NCBI GenBank assembly: GCA_030432815.1
Contig: JAUILB010000001.1
Location: forward strand, 1 to 45,940
Reading direction: 5' to 3'
Source: Alphaproteobacteria bacterium
Lineage (GTDB): Bacteria; Pseudomonadota; Alphaproteobacteria; Sphingomonadales; Emcibacteraceae
Length of the DNA stretch: 45,940 nucleotides
Shown here: piece after piece, positions 20,261 through 29,906 of the stretch
Layout of the letters: every line of letters begins with the position of its first letter
Position numbering within the stretch: position 1 is the stretch's first letter
Made by a program: the position numbers and the translations under genes
Notes under the pieces: generated by a model
Seen by the model: only the letters and a program-made list of their open reading frames with translations
What the model was told of the DNA's origin: nothing
The model's database searches: none

Positions 20261-20459
20261 ATTTCTCTTTTTTATTCCATAACAGGCTCACTGGTCAAAA
20301 CTAACACAGGATCATGCTAATAACATTCATTCATATACCAATATCATGTTCATCTGCTTTTAGGAATAGATCAAATAACCATCTCGCCATCAAGACATAG
20401 TATTTTGATTATTGCTAAAAAAAGAGTAATCTGTCGCCAAAATAAATTGAGAAGCGAAA

Positions 20460-22259
20460 ATGGGCGCTCCCGTAAAAAAAGACGATATAAAAATAGCCGT
20501 ATTGCCATTTAACGTCATTAACCGTAATGAACGGTTGAGAACCCTTATTCACGGCCTCACGGAAGATCTGATTACCAATCTTTCAAAATTTGTCGGCTTA
20601 TCGGTAATTTCCCAACTTTCTACTGAGCAACTTGGTGAGGCGGCCAATTATGTAGAGATTGAAAAACTGGGTGCAGACTATCTGGTTTCAGGCAGTGTTC
20701 GTAATATCATGGATACATTACGCATTACTGTACAGCTCATAAAGGTTAATGACAGAAGTATCGTTTATTCGGAGCAGCTTGATAAAACAGTAGGGGAAAT
20801 TTTTGATGCGCAGGACATGATTATTCAGCAGTTGGTCAGTGTACTGCAAAAAGAAATAAATTATGACCTTTTATCCTATTCATACAAAAAGGAAACGGTT
20901 GATCTTGCTGCGTATGAAAATTGTCTTATGGGTATGGAAGCCCTTAAAAAAGGTAGTATTGAAAGTGACGAAGAAGCAAGAAAATATTTTGAGGCAGCGT
21001 TGCAGGTGGACCCTAACTACGCACTTGCTTACACGGGGCTTTCACTTTCTTATTTTAATGAATGGAGTTGTCAGCTTTGGGATCGTTGGGACATCAGTAA
21101 GAATGGTGCCCATGAAAATGCACTAAAAGCCATTGAAATTGACAAAAATGACTATCGGGCGCTTGCGGTTTTGGGGCGAACTTATGCCTTTTCCGGCGAA
21201 CCTGAAAAAGCAGAACACTGTGTGAGAAAATCTTTACGTATAAACCCAAATGATACGGACAACCTTATTCAGGTGGCATTTGTACTCATGTACCTTGGAT
21301 ACCCCGAAGAATCGCTGGAATTATATCATAAAGCTATAGAGCTTGATCCTTTTCATAATGAAGACCTTTATTTCGCCTATGGTTCATTGTTTTTCTTTGA
21401 AAACGGAGATTATAAAAAGGCAGGCGAACTGATAAAAAAAACCGATTATAAACAAACCTGGATTGATTTTGCCGCTTACGCAGCGGCAACATATTTCCAC
21501 TTGAATGATTATGATAATATGTGGAAGGAATGGGACAAGTATCTTGAAGTTTACCGCGCTAATATTCTTAAAGGAAAACAGCTAAGCGAAGATGAGTTTC
21601 ATGCATCCGCCCTTGAGTGGCAGATCCATGTTAACCCATATGTTGGTAAAACAAATCTGGCTCCATTTTGGGATTACATAAGAGAACATAAAAATATTCC
21701 ACGTACGCGAAGACAAAGTGATATAAGCCCGGCCGCAACCCGGTTTGTTTTCAGGGATAATGTTTGGGATATAAGTTTTAAAGGGCAAAATATTCTTCTT
21801 AAGGATGTCAAAGGGCTTCATGATATCCAGAAAATGCTCGCAAACCCAAGTAAGGAATTTCACTGTATGGAACTTATGGATGCTTCTGTGGACGAAGGAA
21901 GCGGCGTTGCCATGATGGACCAGAAAGCCAAAACAGAATACCAGAAAAAGATAAAGGAACTGCAATCTGAAATTTCAGAAGCAGAAAATATGAATGATGT
22001 TGGCAGATTGGAAAAATTGCATCAGGAATATGACGCCATTCTTGATCATTTATCCAGTTCTTTGGGATTAAAAGGAAAGTCACGTGAAATGGGATCAACC
22101 GCTGAAAAAGCAAGGTCTGCCATCACGTGGCGCATACGAAGTGCACTGAAAAAGATTGAAAAAGTGCATCCTGATCTTTTTAATCATCTGTCGAATTCTA
22201 TTAATACAGGCACCTTTTGTTCATATAAACCTGAAATTTCAATGGACTGGCAGCTGTAG
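20460..22259 (+). CDS. TolB-N-like/TPR protein with conserved C-terminal domain, putative transcriptional regulator
   Basis: IAVLPF...GLTEDLITNLS...DYLVSGSVR domain; several TPRs (DPNYALAY, NPND); C-terminal KGLHDI..L..P...GLKGKSR...EKARSAITWRIR...TGTFCSY. Confidence 0.7.
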   Translation: MGAPVKKDDIKIAVLPFNVINRNERLRTLIHGLTEDLITNLSKFVGLSVISQLSTEQLGEAANYVEIEKLGADYLVSGSVRNIMDTLRITVQLIKVNDRSIVYSEQLDKTVGEIFDAQDMIIQQLVSVLQKEINYDLLSYSYKKETVDLAAYENCLMGMEALKKGSIESDEEARKYFEAALQVDPNYALAYTGLSLSYFNEWSCQLWDRWDISKNGAHENALKAIEIDKNDYRALAVLGRTYAFSGEPEKAEHCVRKSLRINPNDTDNLIQVAFVLMYLGYPEESLELYHKAIELDPFHNEDLYFAYGSLFFFENGDYKKAGELIKKTDYKQTWIDFAAYAAATYFHLNDYDNMWKEWDKYLEVYRANILKGKQLSEDEFHASALEWQIHVNPYVGKTNLAPFWDYIREHKNIPRTRRQSDISPAATRFVFRDNVWDISFKGQNILLKDVKGLHDIQKMLANPSKEFHCMELMDASVDEGSGVAMMDQKAKTEYQKKIKELQSEISEAENMNDVGRLEKLHQEYDAILDHLSSSLGLKGKSREMGSTAEKARSAITWRIRSALKKIEKVHPDLFNHLSNSINTGTFCSYKPEISMDWQL

Positions 22260-22268
22260 AGTATAAAA

Positions 22269-22317
22269 CTTACATGTAAAATTCTTTTTCTCACACCGTA
22301 AGGTAAAAACTTACGCC
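22269..22317. promoter_or_regulatory. Phased CTYAC/GTAAG repeat array, candidate operator
   Basis: CTTAC at 22269, CTCAC at 22290, CTTAC at 22310; dyads TTACATGTAA, CTCAC-N3-GTAAG and CGTAAG-N7-CTTACG. Confidence 0.6.
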
Positions 22318-22362
22318 TTTATTTTCGAAAGCAAATTTAATTACGGAATAAAGGAAGAAATT

Positions 22363-23142
22363 ATGCCAACACCGCTTGAAATTTTACTGGATCCGATATC
22401 GCTTATCGTTACTGCGATCTTTTTTGGACTTATGTTCTGGGAAGAATTATTTCCGGCAAGAAAATTACCTAAAGTAAAATATTGGAAAATGCGCGGGATC
22501 GTGTCCTTCGCCATTTATTTTTATCTTTCATCTTACCTGCCCTTGTTTACAGACCCGTTTCTGGCGGAATACCAGCTGTTTGATTTAACCGGGATCGGAA
22601 CATTCTGGGGTTTTATGGTTGGTCTATTTGTGTATGAATTCGGTCTTTATGTATGGCACCGCGCTATACATAAATCAGACCTGTTGTGGCGGGTTTTTCA
22701 TCAGATGCATCATAGTGCAGAACGGCTTGATGTGGCAGGGGCATTTTACTTCAGCATCATGGATATGATTGGCTTCACCCTTATCGGAAGTCTCAGTCTT
22801 GCGCTTGTTGTCGGTATTACTCCTGAAGCAATTACAGTATTCCTCCTATTCACTGTTCTGCTTGGCGTATTCCAACATGCAAACATCAATACGCCGCGCT
22901 GGCTTGGATATATCATTCAACGTCCGGAAAGCCACACTTATCATCATGCAAAAGGGATTCATGAACATAATTACGGTGACATTGTCATTTTTGATCAGCT
23001 TTTCGGTACATTTGTTAACCCAAAAGGATATGAATATGAAACCGGATTTTATGATGGTGCGTCACTGAAAATTTTAGAAATGCTGACATTCCAGGACATT
23101 AATAAAACGCCTGGGGAACTTCAGAAAGTCTCTGCCGAATAG
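22363..23142 (+). CDS. Sterol desaturase / fatty acid hydroxylase superfamily membrane protein
   Basis: His boxes HRAIH, HQMHH, QHAN, HTYHH; NYG..IFDQLFGTF; TM segments. Confidence 0.9.
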   Translation: MPTPLEILLDPISLIVTAIFFGLMFWEELFPARKLPKVKYWKMRGIVSFAIYFYLSSYLPLFTDPFLAEYQLFDLTGIGTFWGFMVGLFVYEFGLYVWHRAIHKSDLLWRVFHQMHHSAERLDVAGAFYFSIMDMIGFTLIGSLSLALVVGITPEAITVFLLFTVLLGVFQHANINTPRWLGYIIQRPESHTYHHAKGIHEHNYGDIVIFDQLFGTFVNPKGYEYETGFYDGASLKILEMLTFQDINKTPGELQKVSAE

Positions 23143-23188
23143 GATACTGAAAATAACTACATCCTGATCTATTAAAATGGTCATTTAG

Positions 23189-23229
23189 AAAAAGCGTCAC
23201 TTTTAGAGGCGCTTTTTTCTTTTTCTTTT
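23189..23229 (+). terminator. Rho-independent terminator after the desaturase
   Basis: AAAAAGCGTC...GGCGCTTTTT stem followed by a long T-rich tract. Confidence 0.75.
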
Positions 23230-23317
23230 CCATTGTTGATTGAAGTTTTTATTGGAATTGGTACAGTAAAAGCCGGAATAATAAGAAAAATATCAAAATA
23301 TAGATTTCAAAGAGTAG

Positions 23318-23863
23318 ATGATGAATTACAATAAATTAAACCGTACAATCCACAATTGGCTGTCAATTTTTATAGCTTTGCCGGTTTTGTTGCTCATTAT
23401 ATCAGGGTTGCTTTTGCAGCTTAAAAAAGATGTCGACTGGATACAGCCATCAAGCGTACGCGGGGAAAGTGCTGACACACCAACAGTTTCTCATGAAGAT
23501 CTGTTAAGGGCAGCTACAAGCGTGCCAGAGACAGCTGGACTTAAATGGTCCGAATTTGAACGTATTGATTATAAGGCTGACCGGGGCATGGTGAAATTTA
23601 TTACCTTCGAAGGTTGGGAAGTTCAGGTAGATACCACAAATGGTTCTGTCCTTTCTGTTGCTCTACGCCAATCCGACTTTTTGGAAAAACTTCATGATGG
23701 TTCATATTTTGGTGATTTTGTGAAATATTATATCACTCTGCCCACAGGTATTGTTCTGTTTATTCTCTGGATCACCGGGCTTTGGATGTTCTTTTATCCT
23801 TATGTTAAGAAAGCCGCCAACAAAAGAAACAAAAAATTAAAGACGCAGGTCCAGAAGTCATAA
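23318..23863 (+). CDS. PepSY-associated TM helix domain protein
   Basis: RTIHNWL, ISGLLLQLKK..WIQP, VQVD..NG.VL, LHDGS, WITGLWM. Confidence 0.8.
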   Translation: MMNYNKLNRTIHNWLSIFIALPVLLLIISGLLLQLKKDVDWIQPSSVRGESADTPTVSHEDLLRAATSVPETAGLKWSEFERIDYKADRGMVKFITFEGWEVQVDTTNGSVLSVALRQSDFLEKLHDGSYFGDFVKYYITLPTGIVLFILWITGLWMFFYPYVKKAANKRNKKLKTQVQKS

Positions 23864-23864
23864 T

Positions 23865-24854
23865 ATGGCTATTGATTTTCACGCTCATTTTATCGCACCT
23901 GAACTTATGCAGATGCTTGTGGAACGACATGACAATCCACGTATAAGTCATGCTCAGAATGGCAGTATGCTTTATCATATGCCAGTGAGTACGCTGCCTT
24001 ATACAGGTGCCTACTATGATATTGAAAAGCGCATAGAATATCTTGATGAAATAGGAATGGATGCGCAGGTGATTTCCCTTCCCGGGCTTCTGGGAATTGA
24101 TTATTTACCACTTGATCAATCATTACCCATGATTATGGTTTCAAATGATTTTCTTGCAAAACAGTCTAAGAAATATCAAAGGCGAATATACGCACTCGCG
24201 GCGTTGCCACTTGCTGACAAAAATGCCATGCTGGAAGAACTAAAAAGAGCCGTTGAAGATTTGGATATGATCGGTGCCATACTACCAAATAATTCATTTG
24301 TGACGCTTGATTATGCCAATGAATTAAAGACGTTATTTGACTATGGAAACAAAAATAAGCTTCATTTCTTTATTCATCCAGGGTGGCGTCATGATGAATA
24401 TCCGGTGATAGACCGTCGACCGAATGATCCTGATGAATTATTAATTGCCCGTGGGGCTCTTGGTGTACAGCATGATGTTGCACATGCAATGATAACGCTT
24501 TTATATACCGATTTTCTTGATCAATATCCTGATCTGACAGTGCATGTGGCTAATCTTGGCGGAACATTTCCGATGGTGGTTGAACGTATGCATCATACCG
24601 TTGAAGCCCGATTTCCTGATGCAAGATTGTCGTCTTCGAGCAAGGAAAACCTTTTTGTCGATACGTCTTCTCTTGGTCCCAGAGCAATAGAGCTTGCCGC
24701 AGAAATTTATGGTGCTGACCGGCTTCTGGTTGGGACTGATACGCCAATTTTTTCCGCAAAAACCGGGCTAAAATCCATTGAAAAAACAAACCTGACAGAT
24801 AGTCAGAAGCAACTTATTTTGAAGGAAAATGCAGCAAATATCCTTTCACGATAA
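23865..24854 (+). CDS. Amidohydrolase-2 family protein (ACMSD-like decarboxylase/hydrolase)
   Basis: IDFHAH, FIHP, NLGGTFP, VDTS, GADRLLVGTD.P, ILKENA. Confidence 0.8.
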   Translation: MAIDFHAHFIAPELMQMLVERHDNPRISHAQNGSMLYHMPVSTLPYTGAYYDIEKRIEYLDEIGMDAQVISLPGLLGIDYLPLDQSLPMIMVSNDFLAKQSKKYQRRIYALAALPLADKNAMLEELKRAVEDLDMIGAILPNNSFVTLDYANELKTLFDYGNKNKLHFFIHPGWRHDEYPVIDRRPNDPDELLIARGALGVQHDVAHAMITLLYTDFLDQYPDLTVHVANLGGTFPMVVERMHHTVEARFPDARLSSSSKENLFVDTSSLGPRAIELAAEIYGADRLLVGTDTPIFSAKTGLKSIEKTNLTDSQKQLILKENAANILSR

Positions 24855-24929
24855 CGTGTTTTGCATGTGAGTGCGTAAAAATGGTATTTTTGATCATTAA
24901 GTGACCAACTACTTGAACGAGCGTAGCAG

Positions 24930-26051
24930 GTGCATAATTTGACCAAACTTTTGAAAAATATTGCTGCTATTTTTACGTTTCTTTTGCTGGTTTCGTGTAA
25001 GCAAATGCCCGTGCAGCATGCCTATTCAAGCGATATAACAGAGTTTCAATTATTGGAAGGCAAAGCCATTCTGGGTTATTCGCTTATGCAATCGGAACTA
25101 CCCGAAGATGATGTGCTGTCAATTTCACCTGAAATGGCATTATTTGTTCGTGAGAACCTGGGAAATACGAGTAATTATTTTGCCAAGGTTAATGAACTGT
25201 CACGTTCCATTTTTGATAAAAATAAACTAGGTCTCGTTTATGATCCGCTCGCCACATATTCTGCCCGTGGCGCATTTGAAAATTCTGTAGGTAATTGTCT
25301 GTCGTTCAGTTTTCTTTATTATTCACTCGCTAAAGAAATCGGTTTAAGAGTGCAATTTCAGGAAGTTCATATTTTGCCGCAATGGGATTTAAGCGAAGAG
25401 AAGCTGTTTGTTGACAGTAAACATGTGAATGTACGTGTAAATGCTGCGGGTGATCGGGATCTGGTGGTTGATATTGATGCTGTTTCACCAGAACGGCAAA
25501 TCGACTATACGATTCTTGATGAAAATTATGCTGTTTCACTTTACTACGGTAATAAGGGCGCAGAATTCCTGATGGCAGATAATATTCAGGAAGCATTTCG
25601 ATACTTTGTTAAAGCAATAAGGCTTGATTATGATAATTCGGCGCATTGGACAAATCTTGGCGTGCTTTATCGCCGTGCAGGTTACGATGAGTTTGCAGAA
25701 AAAGCATATTATGTAGCGCTTGATTTTAACAAAGATGATAATGCGGCACTTAGCAATCTTGCTCACTTATATCGTCAGACAGGGGATGATGAACGTGCAG
25801 ATTATTTTAGTGATCTGGTTAAAAAATACCACGAAGATAATCCGTATCATTACTATTATGAAGCCAAAGATGCAATTAAGGATGCGAACTATAAAAACGC
25901 CCTTCACAATATAAATAAAGCGATCGACAAAAATAAAAATATTTCACTTTTTTATAAGCTCAAAAGTGACATACTTACTGAACTTGGACAAATATCTGAA
26001 GCAGGCAGGGCTTTACGTAAGGCCCAAACAGTCAGCACCGATACATTTTAA
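24930..26051 (+). CDS. Lipoprotein with transglutaminase-like domain and C-terminal TPRs
   Basis: Lipobox LVSC; GNCLS, HVN, VVD candidate triad; TPRs (WTNLGVLYRRAG, ALSNLAHLY). Confidence 0.75.
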   Translation: MHNLTKLLKNIAAIFTFLLLVSCKQMPVQHAYSSDITEFQLLEGKAILGYSLMQSELPEDDVLSISPEMALFVRENLGNTSNYFAKVNELSRSIFDKNKLGLVYDPLATYSARGAFENSVGNCLSFSFLYYSLAKEIGLRVQFQEVHILPQWDLSEEKLFVDSKHVNVRVNAAGDRDLVVDIDAVSPERQIDYTILDENYAVSLYYGNKGAEFLMADNIQEAFRYFVKAIRLDYDNSAHWTNLGVLYRRAGYDEFAEKAYYVALDFNKDDNAALSNLAHLYRQTGDDERADYFSDLVKKYHEDNPYHYYYEAKDAIKDANYKNALHNINKAIDKNKNISLFYKLKSDILTELGQISEAGRALRKAQTVSTDTF

Positions 26052-26052
26052 T

Positions 26053-27993
26053 TTATTTCATTCTGTTATTGATGAGTTCATTTACGACGGTTGGGTCTGC
26101 GAGTGTTGATGTATCGCCGAGGTTAGCATAGTCATCTTCGGCTATTTTCCGCAGTATCCGTCTCATGATTTTGCCGGACCGTGTTTTTGGCAGTCCCGGT
26201 GCGAACTGAATATGATCAGGCGTTGCAATGGGGCCAATTTCCTTGCGAACCCACTGTACCAGTGTCTTCCTGAGCTCATCCCCCGGCTCATGCCCGGCCA
26301 TCAATGTCACATAGGCGTATATGCCCTGTCCTTTAATATCATGAGGAAAGCCGACCACAGCCGCTTCCGCCACATCATCATGGGCCACAAGAGCGCTTTC
26401 CACTTCCGCTGTGCCCATTCGGTGCCCGGAGACATTAATCACATCATCCACACGTCCGGTAATCCAGTAATATCCATCCTCATCACGGCGACAGCCATCC
26501 CCGGTAAAATACTTGCCTTCATAGCTCGAGAAATAGGTCTGTATGAAACGCTCGTGATCTCCATAAACAGTGCGCATCTGTCCCGGCCAGCTGTCCGCAA
26601 TGCATAAATTACCGGAGGCAGCCCCCTCAAGCAGTTTTCCGTCCCCGTCCACCAGTTCCGGCCTGATACCAAAGAACGGCCGTGTGGCAGACCCCGGTTT
26701 GAGTGCAGTAGCCCCAGGAAGCGGTGTAATCAGAATACCACCCGTTTCCGTCTGCCACCATGTATCAACAATCGGGCAACGTTCTTCACCAACAATATGA
26801 TAATACCATTCCCAGGCTTCAGGATTGATCGGCTCCCCGACACTCCCCAGAATACGAAGGGAACTTCTGTCACACTTCTTCACAAAGTCATCACCCGCCC
26901 CCATCAGGGCACGGATCGCCGTCGGGGCCGTATAGAATATATTGACCTTGTGCTTCTCACACACCTGCCAGAAGCGGGAGGCATCGGGATAGGTCGGCAC
27001 CCCTTCAAAAACAAGGGTCGTTGCCCCGTTGGCAAGGGGGCCATAAACAATATAACTGTGACCCGTTACCCAGCCAACATCAGCCGTACACCAGTAAACA
27101 TCACCATCATGATAGTCAAAAACATATTCATGGGTCAGGCTGGCATAAACCAGATAGCCCCCGGTCGTATGCAGTACCCCCTTCGGCTTTCCGGTAGAAC
27201 CGGAGGTATAAAGGATAAACAGCGGGTCTTCCGCATTCATTTCTTCTGCCGGACAGTCAGCGGGAACATCCTGTGCCGCTTCCCGGTACCAGACATCCCG
27301 GCCTTCCCGGAAATCAACATCCCCGCCCGTTGCCTTGATAACAATAACGGTGGAGACATTGGTATCAGGATTTTCCAGTGCCTTGTCCACATTGCTTTTA
27401 AGCGGGATTGGTTTTGCGCCTCTTACACCTTCATCAGCCGTGATCACCATATGGCTGTCACAGTCTATAAGACGTCCCGCCAGCGCATCCGGTGAAAAAC
27501 CACCAAAGACAATCGAATGAACCGCCCCAATCCGGGCACAGGCCAGCATGGCATAGACCGCTTCAGGGATCATAGGCATATACAGGGTAATACGGTCTCC
27601 CTTCTTTGCGCCGCGCATCTTTAACACATTGGCAAAGCGGCAGACTTCCTCGTAAAGCTCCCGGTAGCTGATATGACGCGAAACTGTTGGGTCATCCCCC
27701 TCAAAGATTATCGCCGTCTGATCGCCGCGTGTCTCAAGATGGCGGTCAACACAGTTCACACAGGCATTAAGGGTACCATCATGATACCACCTGATATGAA
27801 GATCATCCTTCGCATAGGAAACATCCTTGACCTGTGTATAAGGCTTGATCCAGTCAAGACGCCCGCCCATATCAGACCAAAACCCTTCAGGATCAGAAAC
27901 AGAACGATCATATAAATCCAAATACTCTTCATTCGTGATATGGGCATTTTCAGATAATAAATCACTGACAGGATAAATTTTTATTTCAGACAT
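26053..27993 (-). CDS. acs: Acetyl-CoA synthetase
   Basis: [38 protein letters not shown]; start moved to ATG 27993. Confidence 0.96.
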   Translation of the reverse strand: MSEIKIYPVSDLLSENAHITNEEYLDLYDRSVSDPEGFWSDMGGRLDWIKPYTQVKDVSYAKDDLHIRWYHDGTLNACVNCVDRHLETRGDQTAIIFEGDDPTVSRHISYRELYEEVCRFANVLKMRGAKKGDRITLYMPMIPEAVYAMLACARIGAVHSIVFGGFSPDALAGRLIDCDSHMVITADEGVRGAKPIPLKSNVDKALENPDTNVSTVIVIKATGGDVDFREGRDVWYREAAQDVPADCPAEEMNAEDPLFILYTSGSTGKPKGVLHTTGGYLVYASLTHEYVFDYHDGDVYWCTADVGWVTGHSYIVYGPLANGATTLVFEGVPTYPDASRFWQVCEKHKVNIFYTAPTAIRALMGAGDDFVKKCDRSSLRILGSVGEPINPEAWEWYYHIVGEERCPIVDTWWQTETGGILITPLPGATALKPGSATRPFFGIRPELVDGDGKLLEGAASGNLCIADSWPGQMRTVYGDHERFIQTYFSSYEGKYFTGDGCRRDEDGYYWITGRVDDVINVSGHRMGTAEVESALVAHDDVAEAAVVGFPHDIKGQGIYAYVTLMAGHEPGDELRKTLVQWVRKEIGPIATPDHIQFAPGLPKTRSGKIMRRILRKIAEDDYANLGDTSTLADPTVVNELINNRMK

Positions 27994-28051
27994 GGGTCCC
28001 CTTGAATTTGATTGTGTAGCTTTGGATGTTAATAAGTCATTCTTAAAATGT

Positions 28052-29236
28052 CTATTTTTTTGACAGTCTGCGGATAATAAATCTTGCAGGATGCAATGCA
28101 TTGCATATTGCCGAACTAAAAAAGGGAACATCTCCGATTAGCATATTTGTTAAATATTTGCCCAAAATTGGTGCATGAATGAAACCTCTTGATCCATAAC
28201 CGACATTAACAAATAAATTATTGTGATACGGTGCATCATTATATTTCTTGTGCCTAGGCCCGTGATGAATTCCTTCATATTCACAAATATAGCGGTCATA
28301 ATCTGGTACTGGGCCACAAAGAGGTAAATGATCGGGGGACATGGCACGGACAGCTTTTCTACCGCCAATAATTCGTGGATCTGCAAATTTATAGGGGGAG
28401 TTACTTATATTTTCAGCATGTGCTTTTGCTGTTATGGTTGGATTAATGTGTTTTTCAAATGTCGCCCCGCAAATATGTGCGCGGCCAAACTCGGTATTCA
28501 CTATGGGTGACACGTACCCGTCAGAAACCAATATATGATTTTCCGTAAAATCGGGTGCAACGTATGTGACTTGTCCTACCAACTGTCTTAAGGCAAGATT
28601 TTGGGTTTGTTCAAAATTTGTAATATCTGCGGCATTTGTAAACATTACAACATCAGCTTCTAAAATTTTATTACCGTCATGGCCCAACAACATCCAGCTT
28701 TTGTCTGGATTTTGAATAATTTTCGTTACCGTCTGCCCGCCGACAAAATCACTATCAATAAATTTTCTTAAGGCAGACGGAACAACAAATCCACCAGACG
28801 GAAATATAAGTTGATCGTCCTGAAGATGGAGTAGCTTTTCAGGATAGTGATGGGCAATTTTTGAAAACCGGTCCAATTCTTTATTGTTTTTCGCTTTTTT
28901 AACAAGAATACTGGGATTAAAAATGCCTTCCCTCAATGATGTATAAAATCGTAACGCATATTGGTAGGCTTCTAGATAATATGAACCTTGAATGCTTTCG
29001 CCTGCGCTAAGGAATGGATCAAGAATTGCGGCGGGATTACCGGAAGCCTGTGATAATGGAAAATCATTTTTATCAATTAATGTTACCTTAAAATCGGCTT
29101 TCGTGAGGTGAATATAGCTACATATGCCGGCTATTCCCGCGCCTATTATGGCAATGCGAGATTCTTTGTTAATAGAAGGGGGCTTTTTGAACCAGGGTTT
29201 ATTTGTCATTTTATCATTCATTGATTTGGATAACAT
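28052..29236 (-). CDS. mnmC: FAD-dependent cmnm5s2U34 oxidoreductase, C-terminal MnmC domain only
   Basis: PWF then [33 protein letters not shown]...AP, ALHPARF; exact start uncertain. Confidence 0.82.
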   Translation of the reverse strand: MLSKSMNDKMTNKPWFKKPPSINKESRIAIIGAGIAGICSYIHLTKADFKVTLIDKNDFPLSQASGNPAAILDPFLSAGESIQGSYYLEAYQYALRFYTSLREGIFNPSILVKKAKNNKELDRFSKIAHHYPEKLLHLQDDQLIFPSGGFVVPSALRKFIDSDFVGGQTVTKIIQNPDKSWMLLGHDGNKILEADVVMFTNAADITNFEQTQNLALRQLVGQVTYVAPDFTENHILVSDGYVSPIVNTEFGRAHICGATFEKHINPTITAKAHAENISNSPYKFADPRIIGGRKAVRAMSPDHLPLCGPVPDYDRYICEYEGIHHGPRHKKYNDAPYHNNLFVNVGYGSRGFIHAPILGKYLTNMLIGDVPFFSSAICNALHPARFIIRRLSKK

Positions 29237-29315
29237 AGTAAACTAAGTTATCATTTAAGGCACGTGACAAAATAAATATCGAACTCATATTATTTGTAAG
29301 GTCAGGCAAAGATAA

Positions 29316-29906
29316 ATGAATAAAATTATAATGACCCTGGTATGTTTTGGAATAACATCAATTTCCGATCCGAATGCTTACGCGCAAGAAAAAGGTGATA
29401 TTGTTATACCGTGCGCCATACCATTTTATCGGGAACTGGATTTTACAGTCGGTGAATGGCAGGTTTTTCACAAATCGACAGGTAAAATTGCCGGTTACGA
29501 TAGAATTGGCAGAACATTAAGAGGGTGCGCTATTCAGCAAAGCTGGATTTCGTTGGATGATCATTTTTCATCAAAATATGTGCCTTTTAGAATGAATGGT
29601 AAAAGTTTAACAGCATTTAACGGTACGGAATGGATCCAGTTTTGGGTTGATAATCAGGCCGGGGTCCAAATTTTGAAGGGGGGGCCAAAACGCGATCAAT
29701 TCGTTTTGCAAAGTGAAAAGCCGATAGCAGGATACGAATATATGCTGATCTGGCAGAAGCAGGAAGACGGTAGTTTATTGAATACGCATAAGCGCCGGAA
29801 TACTGCAGAAAATAAAAACGCGGAGTGGGAAACGCTATATGAATGGGTGTATGTTAAGAATCTAAATCAGGATTTATATCCTGATGAAATAGATGAAAAT
29901 AACTAA
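29316..29906 (+). CDS. Exported conserved hypothetical protein (probable beta-barrel)
   Basis: Signal peptide ending AYA; C..YRELDF.VGEW, GCAIQQSW, GKSL, WIQFWVDN pattern. Confidence 0.6.
   Translation: MNKIIMTLVCFGITSISDPNAYAQEKGDIVIPCAIPFYRELDFTVGEWQVFHKSTGKIAGYDRIGRTLRGCAIQQSWISLDDHFSSKYVPFRMNGKSLTAFNGTEWIQFWVDNQAGVQILKGGPKRDQFVLQSEKPIAGYEYMLIWQKQEDGSLLNTHKRRNTAENKNAEWETLYEWVYVKNLNQDLYPDEIDENN

Noticed and set aside
17329-26051. Genomic island integrated at tRNA-Leu
   Set aside because: No integrase and no duplicated tRNA 3' end found by eye; downstream genes are accessory-like but there is no att evidence
26212-27915. Long plus-strand ORFs opposite acs (up to 232 aa)
   Set aside because: Antisense shadows expected from high GC3; no recognisable motifs
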